From: Syntrophales bacterium
GTDB lineage: Bacteria; Desulfobacterota; Syntrophia; Syntrophales; UBA2210
Assembly (NCBI GenBank): GCA_963662405.2
Contig: CAXXKT010000001.1
Coordinates: 1,024,001 to 1,088,000 of the forward strand
Direction of reading: 5' to 3'
Length of the DNA: 64,000 nt
Positions 39,885 to 48,874 of the stretch are shown here, piece after piece. The first letter of the stretch is position 1. Each line of letters starts with the position of its first letter. The notes beneath the pieces are model-generated. The model did not search any database. It was not told the DNA's origin and saw nothing but the letters and a program-made list of their open reading frames with translations. The position numbers and the translations under genes are program-made.

Positions 39885-39958
39885 CTCAACCGCTCCTTGC
39901 AATGGATGTTTTCCCTTGGCATCTGTATTTTTCTGAAATCCACATATCCTGGTTTTAA

Positions 39959-40034
39959 TGGTGGGCCCACCTGGGTTCGAACCAGGGACCTACCGGTTAT
40001 GAGCCGGTGGCTCTTCCAGCTGAGCTATGGGCCC
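39959..40034 (-). tRNA. tRNA with CAT anticodon, most likely tRNA-Ile2 (lysidine)
   Basis: GGGCCCATAGCTCAGCTGGAAGAGCCACCGGCTCATAACCGGTAGGTCCCTGGTTCGAACCCAGGTGGGCCCACCA; 76 nt, encoded CCA, G1-C72 pair (not initiator), C4-G69 and C5-G68. Confidence 0.93.
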
Positions 40035-40166
40035 AAAGTATCTTTGAGCTAACCAAAAACCACCTCTCTATATGGTATGAGAGCAATTGTCAAGCACTTT
40101 TGTATTAAGGTCTCGCAAGAAATAGTGTTCCGTTCTGAGAATCACCCTGCCGCGATGTCCAATCCA

Positions 40167-41528
40167 TTACATGAACAGGTGTTCGGATAGCGCTTGTATC
40201 GTGTCAATGGTAATGCGAGCTATCTTTTTATCTTGTGTCCTGTCGCCGAGCGAGGTGCCGGGAAAGATGCAGCGGGTGAAGCCCATGCGCGACGCCTCAT
40301 TGATCCTCTCATCCATCCGGCCGACGGTTCGTACCTCCCCCGTCAGCCCCACCTCACCGCAGACGACGGTATCGGCGTCGATCGGCCGATCAAGAAAGCT
40401 GGACATCAACGACGAGATAATCCCGAGGTCCACCGCCGGTTCATCCAGTTTGACACCGCCCGCCACATTGATGAAGATGTCATGGTTCCCCAGGTGCAGG
40501 CCGCACACCTTTTCCATCACCGCCGCAAGGAGCGACACCCGGTTGTGGTCAACACCGATCGTCGTCCTCCGAGGGATACCGAAGGTGTTTTCACTGACCA
40601 GCGACTGGATCTCCACCAGGAGAGGCCGGGTTCCTTCCATGCTGGGAATCACAACCGATCCCGCCGCGCCCTTCGGCCGCTCGGACAGGAAAAGGGCCGA
40701 GGGGTTCTCAATCTCCACGAGACCGCGCTCCCGCATTTCAAAGACCCCAATCTCATTAGTGGGACCGTACCGGTTTTTCACGTTGCGTATGATCCTGAAC
40801 GTGTGTCCCGAGTCGCCTTCGAAATACAGGACCGTATCCACCATGTGCTCCAGGACTCGGGGCCCCGCTATGGATCCCTCCTTTGTGACGTGACCGATCA
40901 GGAAGAGGGGAATCCCCGTTTTCTTGGCCGTGAGGATCAGTTTCCCCGACGCCTCTTTGATCTGACTGACGCTCCCGGGGGCGGAGGTGAGTTCCGATGA
41001 GTAGACCGTCTGGATGGAGTCGATGACCACAACTCCCGGTTGCATTTCCCTGATATGCCGCAGGATATGTTCGAGCGATACCTCGATGAGAACCATCAGG
41101 TTGCTTGATGAGGCACCGACACGTCCCCCCCGCAGCTTGATCTGACGGGCGGATTCCTCCCCTGAGACGTAGAGGGCGACCACCCCGCTAGCGGCAAGAT
41201 TCTGCATGACCTGCAACAGGAGTGTGGATTTTCCGATGCCGGGGTCGCCCCCGATCAGGACGGCTGACCCGCCGACGATCCCGCCCCCCAAGACACGGTC
41301 GATCTCGGCGATCCCGGTTCGGAGGCGGTCCTTTTCGTCCGCAAGGATGGTGTCGATGGGCATGGGTTCCTCATTGAACCATGCCTCCACGGACCCCTCA
41401 GCCGGGGCGATTCGTTCCTCTTCCTCGGCGAACTGGTTCCACTCGCCGCAGGAAGGACACCTCCCGAGCCATTTGGCGGACTGGTGGCCACAATTCTGGC
41501 AGAAGAAGGTCGTTTTGTTCTTTTTCAT
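40167..41528 (-). CDS. radA: DNA repair protein RadA/Sms
   Basis: CQNCG..WLGRCPSCGEW, GDPGIGKST, KNRYG. Confidence 0.97.
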   Translation of the reverse strand: MKKNKTTFFCQNCGHQSAKWLGRCPSCGEWNQFAEEEERIAPAEGSVEAWFNEEPMPIDTILADEKDRLRTGIAEIDRVLGGGIVGGSAVLIGGDPGIGKSTLLLQVMQNLAASGVVALYVSGEESARQIKLRGGRVGASSSNLMVLIEVSLEHILRHIREMQPGVVVIDSIQTVYSSELTSAPGSVSQIKEASGKLILTAKKTGIPLFLIGHVTKEGSIAGPRVLEHMVDTVLYFEGDSGHTFRIIRNVKNRYGPTNEIGVFEMRERGLVEIENPSALFLSERPKGAAGSVVIPSMEGTRPLLVEIQSLVSENTFGIPRRTTIGVDHNRVSLLAAVMEKVCGLHLGNHDIFINVAGGVKLDEPAVDLGIISSLMSSFLDRPIDADTVVCGEVGLTGEVRTVGRMDERINEASRMGFTRCIFPGTSLGDRTQDKKIARITIDTIQALSEHLFM

Positions 41529-41765
41529 GCATCTCCTCCGGATCTGTCGTCCACGAGGTGCACGACCCTGAAACTGTACCCAATCGGGACGGTTTCCGCA
41601 ACTCAAAACCCCCGGTTCGGGGGTGCCGGGGAACGGTTGCGATAGCGTAACAGGACCACCCCTCTGCCTTCCAGAAAAACGGGAAACGTCATCACTTTAT
41701 GGATGGACACGCATCGCCAATTCTGGTATGAAGCCAGTTTGCGACTATGTGAGAAAGAGGTTTGT

Positions 41766-42893
41766 ATGAATAATCCTAACTTCAGTTCCGGTCCGTGTTC
41801 CAAGAGGCCGGGGTGGAACGTAGATGTCTTGAAGGGGGCGGCCGTCGGCCGTTCACACCGCAGTGCTGCCGGGAGGGACAAACTGGCACAAGCGATAAAC
41901 GAAAGCAAAGGAGTGCTCGGGATCCCGGACGATTATCTCCTCGGGATTCTTCCCGGCTCAGATACCGGGGCCTTTGAAGGGGCCATGTGGTCGCTGCTGG
42001 GTCCCCGGCCGGTAACGGTGCTGGCCTGGGAAAGTTTCAGCAAAGGGTGGGCGACGGATGTGGAAAAGCAGTTGAAACTTGGCCCCACCATTCTCGAGGC
42101 CGATTACGGAGAGATCCCGGACCTGCAGGCGATTGACTGGTCGAATGACGTGGTTTTCGTGGCCAACGGGACGACCAGCGGTGTCCGGATCCCGGACTGG
42201 GACTGGATCCCCGATAACCGGGAAGGTCTGACCCTGTGCGATGCAACCAGCGCCGCCTTTGCCATGGAGATCGAATGGTCAAAGGTGGACGTCCTAGCCT
42301 ATTCTTGGCAGAAGTGTCTCGGAGGGGAAGCGGCACATGGGATGTTGGTCCTGAGTCCGCGGGCCGTCGAGCGTTTGGAGAGCTATACGCCGCCGTGGCC
42401 CATGCCGAAGATTTTCCGTATGACGAAAAGTGGAACGCTCAACAGGGCTATCTTCAAGGGGGATACGATCAACACCCCTTCCCTCCTCTGTGTGGAGGAT
42501 TATCTGGATGCCCTTGCCTGGGCAGAAAAATTAGGGTTGGTCGGGCTTATTGCACGAAGCAGGGCCAACCTGGGTGTCGTGGAGGATTGGGTCGGAAGGA
42601 CAGACTGGGTCGAATTTCTCGCCGCGTCTGCAACTATCCGATCCAGTACATCCGTCTGTCTGAAGGTAGCGGATGGCAGGTTTCAGGCACTTTCCAAGAA
42701 CGACCAGTCGGCGTGGATCAAGAAGATCGTCGGCCAATTGAGCTCGGAAGGTGTTGCCCACGACATCGGCTCATATAAAGACGCCCCCCCGGGGTTCCGC
42801 ATCTGGTGCGGTCCCACTGTGGAAGAGGCGGACGTCAGGGCGGTTGTCGAGAGGTTGGAAGAGGCCTGTCTGCAGGGGATGAAAGAGATATAA
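41766..42893 (+). CDS. serC: Phosphoserine aminotransferase (Methanosarcina/alphaproteobacterial type)
   Basis: [38 protein letters not shown]; adjacent to serA. Confidence 0.92.
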   Translation: MNNPNFSSGPCSKRPGWNVDVLKGAAVGRSHRSAAGRDKLAQAINESKGVLGIPDDYLLGILPGSDTGAFEGAMWSLLGPRPVTVLAWESFSKGWATDVEKQLKLGPTILEADYGEIPDLQAIDWSNDVVFVANGTTSGVRIPDWDWIPDNREGLTLCDATSAAFAMEIEWSKVDVLAYSWQKCLGGEAAHGMLVLSPRAVERLESYTPPWPMPKIFRMTKSGTLNRAIFKGDTINTPSLLCVEDYLDALAWAEKLGLVGLIARSRANLGVVEDWVGRTDWVEFLAASATIRSSTSVCLKVADGRFQALSKNDQSAWIKKIVGQLSSEGVAHDIGSYKDAPPGFRIWCGPTVEEADVRAVVERLEEACLQGMKEI

Positions 42894-42941
42894 TCCATCC
42901 GGACATGCCGGTGGCAACATGACGAAAGGATAGACGAACGG

Positions 42942-44525
42942 ATGAAGAAGGTTCTGGTAAGCGATACGCTGGCGAAAGAAGGCGTCGAGATATTTAAAAA
43001 TGCCCCGGGGATCGAGGTTGATGTTATGACCGATCTCACCCCCGATGAATTGAAAGAGATTATCAAGAACTATGACGGGTTGGCGATCCGAAGCGCCACC
43101 AAGGTCACCGAGGAAATCATCGATGCGGCCGATAACCTCAAGGTGGTCGGAAGGGCCGGGATCGGTCTGGATAACGTGGCGGTTGCAACGGCGAGTAAGA
43201 AGGGAATCGTCGTCATGAACACCCCCGGTGGGAATACCATTACTACGGCGGAACACGCCATCGCGATGATGCTTTCCCTGGCTCGGAGGATCCCGCAAGC
43301 CACCGCCTCCATGAAAGAGGAAAAGTGGGAGAAAAAACGGTTTATGGGTTCCGAGGTTTCCAACAAGGTACTGGGAATCGTCGGTATCGGCAGGGTGGGC
43401 TCCATTGTGGCCAACAGGGCCATCGGGCTGACCATGGAAGTCATGGCCTATGACCCCTTTATCTCGCAGGAGGCGGCGGAAAAGATGGGCATTACCCTTG
43501 CTTCGCTTGATGAGGTCCTCCGGAAGGCCGATTTTATCTCGGTGCATACCCCTCTGTCGGACGAGACGCGAGGGCTTATTAATGCCGCTTCCTTTGCGAA
43601 GATGAAGGACGGCGTATTCGTAATCAATTGTGCACGGGGCGGGATCATCGATGAAGACGACCTGTATGATGCCCTCGTTTCGGGTAAGGTCGCCGGTGCC
43701 GCCCTTGACGTCTTTGTCGAGGAGCCCACCAAAAACACAAAGCTTCTCTCCCTCGACACGGTTATCTGTACCCCGCACCTCGGTGCCTCTACGGATGAGG
43801 CACAGCGGAATGTCGCCATCGCGGTCGCTCATCAGATCGTCGATTGTTTGACAACCGGCGAGATAAAAAATGCGGTTAATTTTCCTTCTGTCAGCGCGGA
43901 GGCTCTCTCTCTGATCAGACCCTACCTGGCCCTGGGAGAAAAGGTCGGGACATTTGTGGCACAGATCGTCACCGGTGGGATCACGGAAGTCGCCATTGAA
44001 TACAGTGGCGCCATCCTCGACCACAATGTGGCTCCCGTTACCATTTCCTTCCTGAAGGGGCTCCTCACACCGGCCCTGAAAGAAGGGGTCAATTATATCA
44101 ATGCCCCGGTGATTGCCAAGGAGCGCGGTGTCCGCGTCATAGAGTCGAAAAGCAGCGAGGTGAAGGATTACAAAAATATGATCTCCGTTACCGTGAAGAC
44201 GGATAAGATGGAGGCCTTTGCGGCGGGGGCCATATTTGGGAGAGAGGACCTGAGAATCGTCAGGATCAATCAATTTATGTTGGATGTTATCCCGGAAGGG
44301 TTTATGCTGATGCTGTACAACCATGACAAACCCGGTGTCATCGGTAACATAACCACTACCTTGGGAAATGACAACGTCAATATCGCGCGGCTCCACCTGA
44401 GCCGAGAACAGGTCGACGGGAAGGCTTTGGTAGTTCTGAGCACGGATACCCCCGTGTCCAAGGGGACCATGACAAAACTGAAGGAATTACCCAACATCAT
44501 CTCCGTTATCGGAATCGAGATGTAG
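42942..44525 (+). CDS. serA: D-3-phosphoglycerate dehydrogenase
   Basis: RSATKV, GRAGIGLDN, NCARGG, TPHLGAST, C-terminal ACT domain. Confidence 0.96.
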   Translation: MKKVLVSDTLAKEGVEIFKNAPGIEVDVMTDLTPDELKEIIKNYDGLAIRSATKVTEEIIDAADNLKVVGRAGIGLDNVAVATASKKGIVVMNTPGGNTITTAEHAIAMMLSLARRIPQATASMKEEKWEKKRFMGSEVSNKVLGIVGIGRVGSIVANRAIGLTMEVMAYDPFISQEAAEKMGITLASLDEVLRKADFISVHTPLSDETRGLINAASFAKMKDGVFVINCARGGIIDEDDLYDALVSGKVAGAALDVFVEEPTKNTKLLSLDTVICTPHLGASTDEAQRNVAIAVAHQIVDCLTTGEIKNAVNFPSVSAEALSLIRPYLALGEKVGTFVAQIVTGGITEVAIEYSGAILDHNVAPVTISFLKGLLTPALKEGVNYINAPVIAKERGVRVIESKSSEVKDYKNMISVTVKTDKMEAFAAGAIFGREDLRIVRINQFMLDVIPEGFMLMLYNHDKPGVIGNITTTLGNDNVNIARLHLSREQVDGKALVVLSTDTPVSKGTMTKLKELPNIISVIGIEM

Positions 44526-44558
44526 CCTTATCCTGTTGTAAGGCGGAGGTGGAAACCA

Positions 44559-45854
44559 ATGGCACAGGTAATCATAGTCGGTACCCAGTGGGGGGATGAA
44601 GGAAAAGGAAAGATTGTTGACCTCTATGCCCGTGAGGCGGATGTCATCGTTCGTTTCCAGGGTGGGAATAATGCGGGTCACACCCTGGTGGTCGAGGGGC
44701 GGCAGACTATCCTTCATCTGATACCTTCCGGGGTGCTCCATGACCACAAGATCTGCATCCTCGGCAACGGGATGGTGATCGATCCGGCGGTATTGCTCAC
44801 GGAGATTGACGAGCTTTCCGAACAGGATCTCTTTCCTTCCCACACCAGGCTGTACGTTAGCCACAACGCCCACCTCATCATGCCGTATCATCGACGGTTG
44901 GATGGTGCCCGCGAAACAAAAAAAGGGTCGGCGAAGATCGGCACGACCGGGCGGGGAATCGGTCCTGCCTATGAAGACAAGGTCGCGCGCACCGGTATCA
45001 GGGTGTGTGATCTCCTCGACGGCGAACTGTTCAGTGAAATGCTGCATGCCAATGTGGAGGAGAAGAATTTCTCCCTGACGCAATACTACCATGAAAAACC
45101 CGTGGAATATGATGCTATTTTTGATGAGTATTCCGCGTATGCCGATCGTCTCAGACAGTATGTGGCCAACGCATCCCTGATCATGGAGCAGGAAATGAGA
45201 AAGGGACGGGATATCCTGTTGGAAGGTGCCCAGGGGTGTCATCTCGATATCGACCATGGAACGTATCCCTTTGTCACCTCTTCCAACACGGCGGCGGGGA
45301 GCGCCTGCTGCGGCGCGGGGATCGGTCCCACCCGGATAGACGCCGTCATCGGTATCTGTAAGGCGTATACCACCCGGGTCGGCGCGGGGCCGTTCGTCAC
45401 CGAACTGACCGGGGGGGTGGGTGACCGGATGCAGTCCGTCGGGTGCGAGTTTGGTGCCACCACGGGGCGCAAACGCCGGTGCGGGTGGCTCGATATGGTC
45501 CTGGTCAGGCAGTCGATCCGGGTTGCAGGGATCACCGGCATCGCCCTGACGAAACTGGATGTCCTCACCGGGATCGATCCGATCAAGATATGTGTCGGGT
45601 ATAAGATCGGTGCCGAGGTCTTTTCGGAGTCTGTTCCCCCCACCACCAAGGACATCGAGGCGTGCACCCCCGTCTATGAAGAAATGCCGGGGTGGACCGA
45701 AGATATCGGGGGAGCGAAAACGATGGATGATCTTCCCGTCAATGCACGGAAGTATATCATGCGATTGGAAGGGTTGGCGGGTGTCCCGGTTTCTCTGGTT
45801 TCGGTGGGACCGGGCAGAAACGAAACCATTATGCTGACAAACCCGTTTCGATAG
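44559..45854 (+). CDS. purA: Adenylosuccinate synthetase
   Basis: QWGDEGKGK, GGNNAGHT, IGTTGRGIGP, GTYPFVTSS. Confidence 0.98.
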   Translation: MAQVIIVGTQWGDEGKGKIVDLYAREADVIVRFQGGNNAGHTLVVEGRQTILHLIPSGVLHDHKICILGNGMVIDPAVLLTEIDELSEQDLFPSHTRLYVSHNAHLIMPYHRRLDGARETKKGSAKIGTTGRGIGPAYEDKVARTGIRVCDLLDGELFSEMLHANVEEKNFSLTQYYHEKPVEYDAIFDEYSAYADRLRQYVANASLIMEQEMRKGRDILLEGAQGCHLDIDHGTYPFVTSSNTAAGSACCGAGIGPTRIDAVIGICKAYTTRVGAGPFVTELTGGVGDRMQSVGCEFGATTGRKRRCGWLDMVLVRQSIRVAGITGIALTKLDVLTGIDPIKICVGYKIGAEVFSESVPPTTKDIEACTPVYEEMPGWTEDIGGAKTMDDLPVNARKYIMRLEGLAGVPVSLVSVGPGRNETIMLTNPFR

Positions 45855-45894
45855 GCCGTGAAATCCGGGGAGGTAGTTTTCCATTAAAAAGCCT

Positions 45895-46278
45895 GTGTTG
45901 GAACCGAAAGAACTCCTGCTGCGCTGTGTGAACGCAGCCTTGGAACGGAAGGCCGAAGAGATCGTTATCCTCAGCGTGAAGGATCTCTCCTCTGTGACCG
46001 ATTACTTTGTGATATGCAGTGGAAATTCCGACCGGCAGATACGGTCGCTTGCCGACCACGTCGGGCAGAAACTGAAAAAAGAAGGGGTTTTCCCACTGGG
46101 GATCGAGGGAGAGCGCTCCGGGAGTTGGATCCTGATGGATTACGGTGATGTGATCCTGCACATTTTCTACGGGCCCGTCAGGGAGTTTTATGATATTGAG
46201 GGGTTGTGGTCCGACGCGCCGAAGATGGTTATTGATGAGTCCGTACGGGAGCTGACCGTGCTGCATGAGGATATGTAA
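45895..46278 (+). CDS. rsfS: Ribosome silencing factor
   Basis: KAEEI, DYFVICSG, WILMDYGDVILHIF..REFYDIEGLW. Confidence 0.94.
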   Translation: MLEPKELLLRCVNAALERKAEEIVILSVKDLSSVTDYFVICSGNSDRQIRSLADHVGQKLKKEGVFPLGIEGERSGSWILMDYGDVILHIFYGPVREFYDIEGLWSDAPKMVIDESVRELTVLHEDM

Positions 46279-46999
46279 CGCACAAAATGTAGCTTCAGGT
46301 ATTGTCGATATCCTGCTGCCGCCGACGTGTCCGACGTGCGGGGCAATCCTGCCCGACCCTGCTCAGGGTCCCTTCTGTACCGAGTGTCGTGGTGCTTTCC
46401 ATCGTGTGACCGTTCCGCTCTGTATCTCTTGCGGGTTTCCGTTTCCGGCATCGGCCGGGGCGAACCACCTCTGCGAAGATTGTGTGATATCGCCGCCTCC
46501 CTTCTCGGTAGCACGGGCACTGGGGAGGTATGAGGGGCCGCTCCTCGATGCCATCCATCTATTTAAATATCGCCGGAGGATATCGCTGGGGGAGGCACTG
46601 GGGAGGATGATGGCATATGCCGTGTATGATTCCTTGGTGATAGACGACTATTCTCTGATCATTCCCGTTCCGCTCCATCCGAAGCGTTTGCGGGAGCGGG
46701 GGTTTAATCAGGCGCTCACTCTCGCCCGCGAGGTTGCACGGCGGTATGCCCTCCCTGTTGATCTTCTGGCCCTCAGGAGGCGGGTGCATACCGAGGCACA
46801 GGTGAAACTTGCAGGAAAGGAGCGCAAGGCAAATATGCGAGAGGCCTTTGCAATACAAGATCGGGGAAGGATAGACGGAGAAGAAATACTGTTGATTGAT
46901 GACGTCTACACCACCGGTAGCACGGTTATGGAATGTGCACGGGTCCTGATGCGAAACGGAGCGCGAAAGGTGGCGGTCCTCACGTTGGCGAGGGCCTGA
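46265..46999 (+). CDS. comF: ComF family protein (double zinc ribbon plus PRTase)
   Basis: CPTC, CTEC, CISC, CEDC; PVPLH..RERGFNQA; LIDDVYTTG. Confidence 0.9.
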   Translation: MRICNAQNVASGIVDILLPPTCPTCGAILPDPAQGPFCTECRGAFHRVTVPLCISCGFPFPASAGANHLCEDCVISPPPFSVARALGRYEGPLLDAIHLFKYRRRISLGEALGRMMAYAVYDSLVIDDYSLIIPVPLHPKRLRERGFNQALTLAREVARRYALPVDLLALRRRVHTEAQVKLAGKERKANMREAFAIQDRGRIDGEEILLIDDVYTTGSTVMECARVLMRNGARKVAVLTLARA

Positions 47000-47003
47000 G
47001 AAG

Positions 47004-47540
47004 ATGACAAGAGAGGAGCGCGGGCAGATGCATGTGAGCGGAAAGATACTGTCCAAAGAAGCATTGAAAAACCACTGCGCGGCGCGCAAACGGGAAGGGA
47101 AGCGCATTGTTTTCACCAACGGCTGTTTCGATATTCTCCACATCGGGCATGTCAAGTACCTCGAGCAGGCAAAGGGATTGGGTGATATCCTGATTCTCGC
47201 TCTCAACAGCGATGCCTCGGTACGAGCCATCAAGGGGGCGTTGAGACCGGTTGTCCACCAGGATGAGAGGGCGTATGTCGTGGCATCTCTCGAAGTGGTC
47301 GATTATGTAACCATCTTCACGGAAGAGACCCCCCTCGCGCTGATCGAGTATCTGAAACCTGATATCCTGGTGAAGGGAGGAGACTGGAGCCGCGAGACGG
47401 TTGTGGGGGGTGAATCGGTCGAACGGAACGGGGGGCAGGTTGTCATCATCCCGCAGGTCAGCGAAACCGCAACGGATACTGCGGCTTCGACAACAAGCAT
47501 TATAGACAGAGTAATCCAGGCGTATTCCAAGGAAACGTGA
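47004..47540 (+). CDS. rfaE2: D-glycero-beta-D-manno-heptose-1-phosphate adenylyltransferase
   Basis: VFTNGCFDILHIGH, LNSDASV, PDILVKGGDW, STTSII. Confidence 0.92.
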   Translation: MTREERGQMHVSGKILSKEALKNHCAARKREGKRIVFTNGCFDILHIGHVKYLEQAKGLGDILILALNSDASVRAIKGALRPVVHQDERAYVVASLEVVDYVTIFTEETPLALIEYLKPDILVKGGDWSRETVVGGESVERNGGQVVIIPQVSETATDTAASTTSIIDRVIQAYSKET

Positions 47541-47610
47541 TTTTGCTTTACAAAAATAGTTCCATAGGATATAGGGGGCGTTCAATGAAAGAAGGTGGAG
47601 ATGGGGGTCA

Positions 47611-47973
47611 ATGAAACCGGAGCAGCTTGAGTATTTCAGAAACCTTTTCACGCAAAAGATCGAAGAGCTATTGGGTGAGGCCGGCAAAACCGTTTCCGAG
47701 ATGACTGGTGGAACGGAGAGCTTCCCTGATGTCACCGACAGGGCTTCCCAGGAATCCGACAGGAACTTTGAACTCAGGATCAGGGACCGGGAACGGAAAT
47801 TGGCGAAGAAGATGAGAGAAGCCTTGGAGCGTATCGAGGATGGCACTTTCGGTATCTGCGAGGTGTGCGGGAAAAAGATATCCGACAAGAGATTGCTGGC
47901 ACGCCCGGTTACCACGCTCTGCATTGAATGCAAGACAAAACAGGAGGAACAGGAAAAACAGAGGGGAGAGTGA
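47611..47973 (+). CDS. dksA: RNA polymerase-binding protein DksA
   Basis: [31 protein letters not shown]. Confidence 0.94.
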   Translation: MKPEQLEYFRNLFTQKIEELLGEAGKTVSEMTGGTESFPDVTDRASQESDRNFELRIRDRERKLAKKMREALERIEDGTFGICEVCGKKISDKRLLARPVTTLCIECKTKQEEQEKQRGE

Positions 47974-48088
47974 GGCCTTTTCTCCCCGCGCTCGGTTGTT
48001 TCTCTTTGTCCATGAAGACGGCATGTCGTTGTGTCGTTTCCTCGAGTATCCGTAGATTGATGCCGTTCCGGTATCGCCCGCGCCGTAA

Positions 48089-48871
48089 ATGAATAAATCG
48101 GTACATCATATTGTTGTTGGCACGTGTTTCGTGGTGTTGAGCCTTGCCTCTGCGGGGCATGCCTACGTCTTGTCCAGTGAGCAAATGTTGCGGCCGTTTC
48201 TGAAGATGCTCAGAGGTGTCGATACCGTCAGGATCGATATGGCGACTACCATTTACGATGAGCCAACGGCGCCGAGAGAGGTCAGGGAGCAACTCCTGGT
48301 AAAGAAGGGGGGGCGATTCAGGGCGGAAAGAATATTCCCGAGCGGACTCAATATCCTCATGCAGGATGGGCGAAAGGCCCGTGTCGGCGGCCTTCAGACA
48401 CAAGATCCCGACGGACGGAGGATCGACACCGTCTTTCCGACCCTTTTTTCCCAACGATCCAGGGAAGATCTCCTCAATACCCTCAATTACCTCGGGGTGG
48501 ATACACAGACCGTCGGTATCGACCGCATGAACGGGACCGTGGCCTTTGTCGTCGGTGAGCCCCTTGAGCAGAAACCGGGAAGCAGACTATGGGTCGAGCA
48601 GAAACGACGCCTTCCATTGCGATTTGTCGGGGTCGGGATATCCGGCGGAGAAACCGTTACCCTGATGGCTGAATACACGGAATATCGCCAGGTTGATACC
48701 GGCCTCTGGTTTCCCGGAAGGATCGAGTACCATCGGAATGGCAGCTTGCGGGCTGTCAGTGTTATGCGCACGATCTCCCTCAATGAGACACTGGACGAGT
48801 CCCTTTTCAACGGGCACCCGGGAACGGTGGGATGGCTCCCGGTCTCTGATTTTCTCAACATCAAGGAATAA
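48089..48871 (+). CDS. Exported hypothetical protein, possibly LolA-like fold
   Basis: Signal peptide, beta-rich, RLWVE..LPLR, WFPGRIE, LDESLF. Confidence 0.55.
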   Translation: MNKSVHHIVVGTCFVVLSLASAGHAYVLSSEQMLRPFLKMLRGVDTVRIDMATTIYDEPTAPREVREQLLVKKGGRFRAERIFPSGLNILMQDGRKARVGGLQTQDPDGRRIDTVFPTLFSQRSREDLLNTLNYLGVDTQTVGIDRMNGTVAFVVGEPLEQKPGSRLWVEQKRRLPLRFVGVGISGGETVTLMAEYTEYRQVDTGLWFPGRIEYHRNGSLRAVSVMRTISLNETLDESLFNGHPGTVGWLPVSDFLNIKE

Positions 48872-48874
48872 CCG

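Noticed and set aside
30645..45884. Long antisense ORFs (e.g. 30645-32135, 32345-33913, 36925-38349, 42771-44396, 44487-45884; also 6245-7528 and 61755-63029)
   Set aside because: They are shadows of well-supported genes in GC-rich DNA and show no recognisable motifs.
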